Source of the DNA: Myxococcota bacterium
GTDB lineage: Bacteria > Myxococcota_A > Polyangia > Nannocystales > Nannocystaceae
Assembly: GCA_039028615.1 (NCBI GenBank)
Contig: JBCCHT010000054.1
Location: 1 to 64,000, forward strand
Direction: 5' to 3'
Length of the DNA: 64,000 bases
Of the stretch, positions 59,525 to 64,000 are shown piece after piece; position 1 is the first letter of the stretch; every line of letters begins with the position of its first letter. A model generated the notes under the pieces. It saw only the letters and a program-made list of their open reading frames with translations. It was not told the origin of the DNA and did no database searches. Both the position numbers and the translations under genes were made by a program.

Positions 59525-61085
59525 TCGCCAGGCGCGACGGCACGGAGGCGGACTCGGAGTTGGCGGCCGGGGTCTTGCGGATCTGGACCAGCTTGGGGGC
59601 CGTGGGCGCGACGACCTTCTCGGGTAGCGCGGCCGCGGGCGCGGCCACGTCGCTGTCGATGATGCCGACCTCGTCGCGAAGGTGCGAGCCGGGATCGCGC
59701 AAGATCGGGTAGTAGGCCTGTCGCTTGCGACGCCATCGCAGGGTGGACTTGACCATCTGCAGGAAGAACCCGGGGCGCTTGCGCAGCACGGGCATCAAGC
59801 CCTTGAACACCGACGGCCAGGTGTCGTCCCGCTGGCGCGCCAGCTTGGTGTAGAAGCGCTCGCGCGAGATCTTGGTCGGCAGCACGACGTGCAGCAGATC
59901 GAATAGCCGCGTGTCCTTGGTCAGCAGCTCGTCGTAGCGCTCGCGGTAGAGCTGCGTCCCCGGCAGCGGGGTCAGGATGGTGACGATGGGCAGCAGGATG
60001 CCCAGCTCGTTGATGTGCGAGTAGAGGGTGTCGAAATCCTCTTCGGTGAACTCGGGCCGCACCATGAAGATGCCCGTGGCCGCGATGCCCAGCTCGTGCA
60101 GGATCTCGGCCGCCTTGCGGTTCTTCTCCACCGTGTTGCGCTTGAGCAGCGCCTTGAGTCCGTCCTCGTCGTTGGACTCGTAGCCCGACAGCACCATGAT
60201 GAGCCCCGCGTCGCGCAGGCGCTTCATGAGCTCGGGGTTGTCGGCGATGAAGTCGGTGCGCCCCTGGGTCAGGAAGTACTTCTTGATCCCCCGCTTTTCG
60301 ATCTCGTCGCAGAGCTTCTCGAGCCGACCGCGGTTGGTCAGGAAGTTGTCATCGAGGAAGAAGACGCACTTTTCCTTGGTCTGCTCGAGTCGATCGCAGA
60401 TCGCCTCGGCGCTGAGGAACCGGGTCTTGCGCTCGTAGAACTCCCAGATCGCACAGAAGTTGCAGTCGAAGCTGCACCCGCGCGAGGTGGCCATGGACGC
60501 CATGGGCCCGGCCACGAGGAAGAAGTAAGACTCGCTGTACTTGTCGATCAGGTGCCGGGCCGGGGCCGGGTACGAGTCGAGCTTGCGGGCCTGCGTGCGC
60601 TTGTTGGTGGTGTTCCACTTCGGCGTGCTGCGATGGTGCAGGCCGTCGATGTGGTGCAGCTCCGTGAAGCCGCCGCCCTGCTCGAGGTGCTCGATCACCT
60701 CGCGGAAGGTGTCTTCACCTTCGCCCAGGCACACCGCGTCGACGCAGTCGACCTCGAACTCGTGGGGGGACAGCGTGGGGTGATGCCCACCGACCATCGT
60801 GAAGACCCCGGGCCCGAGCGTGTTCTTGGCGGTCTGGAGCACCGCCTTGGCCTGATAGCAGTCGGTCGTCATCGCGGTGACGCCGACGAACTGCGGCTCG
60901 AACTCGAGAAGAGCACGATTGAGCGCGAACTCTCCCTCGAGACGCATGTCGAGGATACGAACCTCGTGCTCGGGGATCATCGCGGCGAGCTGGGTCAGAG
61001 CCACCGGTTCCGACAGCCAGATCATGTTTTCGAGTCCGAGACGCCCGGGCTCGAAGGGGGCCGGTTGTATGAGCAAGACGCGCAC
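59511..61085 (-). CDS. Cobalamin-dependent radical SAM enzyme (class B methyltransferase-like)
   Basis: B12-binding domain (VGGHHPT, GEGE); SRGCSFDCNFC CxxxCxxC; DDNF and TPLPGT; GGAGG RBS before GTG. Confidence 0.92.
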   Translation of the reverse strand: MRVLLIQPAPFEPGRLGLENMIWLSEPVALTQLAAMIPEHEVRILDMRLEGEFALNRALLEFEPQFVGVTAMTTDCYQAKAVLQTAKNTLGPGVFTMVGGHHPTLSPHEFEVDCVDAVCLGEGEDTFREVIEHLEQGGGFTELHHIDGLHHRSTPKWNTTNKRTQARKLDSYPAPARHLIDKYSESYFFLVAGPMASMATSRGCSFDCNFCAIWEFYERKTRFLSAEAICDRLEQTKEKCVFFLDDNFLTNRGRLEKLCDEIEKRGIKKYFLTQGRTDFIADNPELMKRLRDAGLIMVLSGYESNDEDGLKALLKRNTVEKNRKAAEILHELGIAATGIFMVRPEFTEEDFDTLYSHINELGILLPIVTILTPLPGTQLYRERYDELLTKDTRLFDLLHVVLPTKISRERFYTKLARQRDDTWPSVFKGLMPVLRKRPGFFLQMVKSTLRWRRKRQAYYPILRDPGSHLRDEVGIIDSDVAAPAAALPEKVVAPTAPKLVQIRKTPAANSESASVPSRLASGND

Positions 61086-61494
61086 TAGTCAGCTACCTCC
61101 GAAGGTTCAATGCCCAACCGATATAGTCGACGGGCCTCACGGCCGTCCAACAGATCGTGGATAGGCGGCCCAAATCAGCGAATAATCGGTGGATGCTCCC
61201 GAGCGCCGTGCAAGGGCTCGAGCGGTCGAACGCAGCTGAATCCGCCATGACGCGTCGGGGTGACATTCGCTGCGAAGCCGAGATTGGGACGCTTCTCGTC
61301 GGCGTTGCGCCATTGAACGAACCGTAGACTGCATCGCAGTTTCAGCCTCCGTGTGCTCCACTGCCCCCCGTGCCCCGGGACGATCGTGACGCGCCGGCCG
61401 AATTCCTTCGACGACGGGGAAACGACCACGAGCCGGGGTTTGCTGGCCCCAGGCGAAGGTTCGACTACGGTGAACCCGTGCAGGCGAGACCGCG

Positions 61495-62649
61495 ATGAGT
61501 GCTCGGCGTTGGCTCCGACGGGTGGCGGTGGCGGCGGTGGTGCTCGGCGGCATCTCGGTCGCCCTCGGCTCGTACGTGCACTCCGATCTTCACCCCGGGC
61601 CTGTCCCCGAGATGGAGCCCGTGGCCGGCGTCGGCACGCTCTCGGCCCAGCAGTGCCGCGCCTGCCACCCCGACGTCTACTCCGAGTGGGCGGAGAGTCG
61701 GCACTCGCAGTCGCTCAGCGACCCGCTGTATCGGGCCGAGTTCAACCATAGCCGCCTGCCCTTCCTGTGCGAGCGCTGCCACGCCCCCCTGAAGGAGCAA
61801 CGCGAAGACCTCACCTACGGCCTGTGGCTGGTGTGGCCCAAGCTCGTGCCCATCACCTGGCCCAACGATCGCTTCGACCCGCTGCTACGCGAGGAGGGAG
61901 TCACCTGCGTCGCCTGCCACCAGCGCGAGGGTTCGATCATGGGTCCGCGAGGCGTCGACGCGGTGCACCCCGCCAAAAAGGCCGACATGCGCGGCCCCTC
62001 GGGCTGCCAGGACTGCCACGTATTGTCCTTCGACGTGCTCGGCAAGCTCGAGCGACCGGTCATGGACACGGTGGCCGAGTGGGAAGACTACCGGGAACGG
62101 GGCGGAGACAAGGTCTGCGCCGACTGTCACATGCCGCCCACCGATCCCCGGCCCGTGGCGATCGGAGGCGTCGAGCAGGCCGCCACCAACCACCGCGTGC
62201 GCGGGCCCTGGGACCTCGACTTCGTCCAGACCGGCATCATCATCCGACGCGCCGAGATCGAGGCCACAGGCGGCACCGCGACGGTCGTCATCGGCAACGA
62301 GACGGGGCATCGGCTGCCCACCGCCGAGCCAGCCCGCTACATCGAGCTACGCCTGCAGGCCACCGACGCGCAGGGCACAGTGATCGCCACCGCCTCGGAG
62401 CGAATCGAGCGTGCCGTCGATCAAGCGAAGCTCGTGCCGCTGGGACCCGACTCGACCATCGAGCCCCTGGGTGAGCGCGAGGTCCAGCTGAGCCTCGGCG
62501 CCGACGAGCTCGCGGGCGCGCAGTCGCTGCACCTCACCGTCGACTTCTACCTGTGGGATCCCGCGGCCGACGTCTCGACCGAAGCGGGGCTCAGTGCCGA
62601 GCAGCTTCGGCATCGACTCGTCGATCAGCGCGCCGAGCGGGGCGGCTAA
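61495..62649 (+). CDS. Membrane-anchored pentaheme cytochrome c (c554/c552-like)
   Basis: Five CxxCH motifs: CRACH, CERCH, CVACH, CQDCH, CADCH; GHRLPT; N-terminal TM. Confidence 0.88.
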   Translation: MSARRWLRRVAVAAVVLGGISVALGSYVHSDLHPGPVPEMEPVAGVGTLSAQQCRACHPDVYSEWAESRHSQSLSDPLYRAEFNHSRLPFLCERCHAPLKEQREDLTYGLWLVWPKLVPITWPNDRFDPLLREEGVTCVACHQREGSIMGPRGVDAVHPAKKADMRGPSGCQDCHVLSFDVLGKLERPVMDTVAEWEDYRERGGDKVCADCHMPPTDPRPVAIGGVEQAATNHRVRGPWDLDFVQTGIIIRRAEIEATGGTATVVIGNETGHRLPTAEPARYIELRLQATDAQGTVIATASERIERAVDQAKLVPLGPDSTIEPLGEREVQLSLGADELAGAQSLHLTVDFYLWDPAADVSTEAGLSAEQLRHRLVDQRAERGG

Positions 62650-64000
62650 CGGCGAGACTTGCCCGGGCCCTGAAGCCACGCCTCGATCTCCGCGGCGAGG
62701 GTCTCGTCGTCGCCGTCATTGCGCAGCTCGTCGAGGGCCGCCCGGGCCAGCCGACGGGCGCGAGCGGGCTGCGTTCGCGCTCCGGCGAGGGCTCGCGCCA
62801 GCGCGAACCGAGCCTGGACCCGAGGCGTACCGTCGTTGGCCTCGCCGATGCTCACCGCTCGCTCCAGGACCTCGAGGGCCGCCTCGGGCTCGCCGCGATC
62901 GAGATGGACGAACCCGAGGGCGAGCGCCCGATCCGCGATGAACACGTGCTCGGGGCCCAGTGCGGCCTCGACGATCGCCAGGGCCCGACGCTGATACTCG
63001 AGCGCCTCGGCCCAGCGCTCTTGCTCGCGGTAGACGTCGCCGATCATCCCGAGCACCTCGGCGAAATCGGGGTGCTCCGACCCGTGCGCCTTCTCGGCGA
63101 TCGTCAGCGCCCGATGATAGTGCACGAGCGCCTCGCCGTAGCGCTGCCGCGCCACACACACGCTGCCGATGTTGCCCAGCACGATGCCCATGTGCGGGTG
63201 CTCCGGGCCCAGCCCGTGCTCGAAGATCTCCGCCGCCCGCTCGAACAACAGCTGAGCCTCGTCGTACTCGCCCTGACGACGAAGAATGTTGCCGATGTTG
63301 TTCAACGAGGCGCCGATCGACGGGTGGTTCGGGGGGAAGACGTGCTCCCGCACCTCCAGCGCACGGCGGTAGTAGCTCAGACCGCGCTCGGGCTCTCCGC
63401 GGCTGAGGTAGTCGATGCCCACGGCGTTGAGCGACTGGGCGACATCGGGGTGGTACTGGCCATGGGCGCGCTCGCGTGCGGCCAGGGCCCGATGATGAGC
63501 CTCCAGGGCTTCGTCGTAGCGCCCCTGGTCGTTGAGCAGGTTCCCCAGGTTGAAGCGCGTGCGCGCGACGTCGACGTGGTCGGGCCCGAACGCGGGCTCC
63601 GTGATGGACAAGACCTTGCGGTACACCCCCTCCGCCCGCTCGTACTTCGCTTGCATCACGAGGGCGACCGCCACGTTGTTCAGCGTGGACGCGACGTCGG
63701 GATGCTCGGCGCCGAGCTCCTTTTCCTTGATCGCCACTGCCCGCTCGAAGGCCTCCAGCGCCTCGTCGGCTCGTCCGAGGTTCTTGTGGGCGATGCCCAT
63801 GTTGTTGACGAGCGTCGCGATCTGGGGAAACTCGGGATCCCCCAGGCGCTCGCGGATCTCCAGCGCCTGCTCGTACAGCTCGAGCGCTCGTTCGTGCTCA
63901 CCACGACCGCCATGCAGCAACCCCGTGTTGTTGAGCAGCCGCGCGTGGGCACGCTCGTCTCCCAGTCGATCGATGTCGGCCGTGGCGTGTTTGACCCACT
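62646..64000 (-). CDS. TPR (kinesin-light-chain-type) repeat protein, 3' part; possibly the C-terminus of a Ser/Thr kinase
   Basis: 42-aa repeats (LG.EHPDVASTLNN); frame is open to the window edge. Confidence 0.85.
   Translation of the reverse strand, partial: WVKHATADIDRLGDERAHARLLNNTGLLHGGRGEHERALELYEQALEIRERLGDPEFPQIATLVNNMGIAHKNLGRADEALEAFERAVAIKEKELGAEHPDVASTLNNVAVALVMQAKYERAEGVYRKVLSITEPAFGPDHVDVARTRFNLGNLLNDQGRYDEALEAHHRALAARERAHGQYHPDVAQSLNAVGIDYLSRGEPERGLSYYRRALEVREHVFPPNHPSIGASLNNIGNILRRQGEYDEAQLLFERAAEIFEHGLGPEHPHMGIVLGNIGSVCVARQRYGEALVHYHRALTIAEKAHGSEHPDFAEVLGMIGDVYREQERWAEALEYQRRALAIVEAALGPEHVFIADRALALGFVHLDRGEPEAALEVLERAVSIGEANDGTPRVQARFALARALAGARTQPARARRLARAALDELRNDGDDETLAAEIEAWLQGPGKSRR

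Noticed and set aside
59511..61085. Assignment as hopanoid methylase hpnR/hpnP
   Set aside because: Only family-level motifs are visible and there are no hopanoid cyclase genes in the window
61086..61494. Possible cobalamin riboswitch upstream of the B12-radical SAM gene
   Set aside because: No GGGAA or GCCACTG/CCCGCAACTGT-type core found on the minus strand by eye; an Rfam scan would settle it

Overview
High-GC window whose gene content points to a myxobacterium, probably Nannocystaceae-like (inference from MYXO-CTERM, Cys-rich lipoproteins and TPR genes). I support about 40 CDS; no rRNA, tRNA, CRISPR array or transposase was recognised. Recognisable genes: DsbA/FrnE oxidoreductase, pepP, hrpB, neutral ceramidase, M3 peptidase, sixA, tmcA, an APC-USP-PTS EIIA fusion, and a PhoB-like regulator divergent from a tonB-exbB-exbD-exbD-TBDR-lipoprotein operon with pho-box-like 11-bp repeats. 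There are three local families of tandem paralogous lipoproteins; one member is frameshifted at a G6 run. Most notable: (1) a non-coding 223-bp tandem duplication (45426-45871), each copy folding into a ~134-nt rod-like hairpin, at the centre of a ~2.7-kb zone of strong G-depletion on the + strand that extends into synonymous codons of both flanking genes; (2) a candidate isoprenoid/lipid-tailoring cluster (squalene synthase-like, Lcp/MpaB oxygenase, GNAT-like protein, convergent heme-oxygenase-like diiron enzyme and B12-radical SAM; 55804-61085); (3) an orphan lipidated EGxC[GS]-repeat peptide resembling MNIO/DUF692 RiPP precursors (5702-5998). All calls come from reading motifs by eye; no searches were run.
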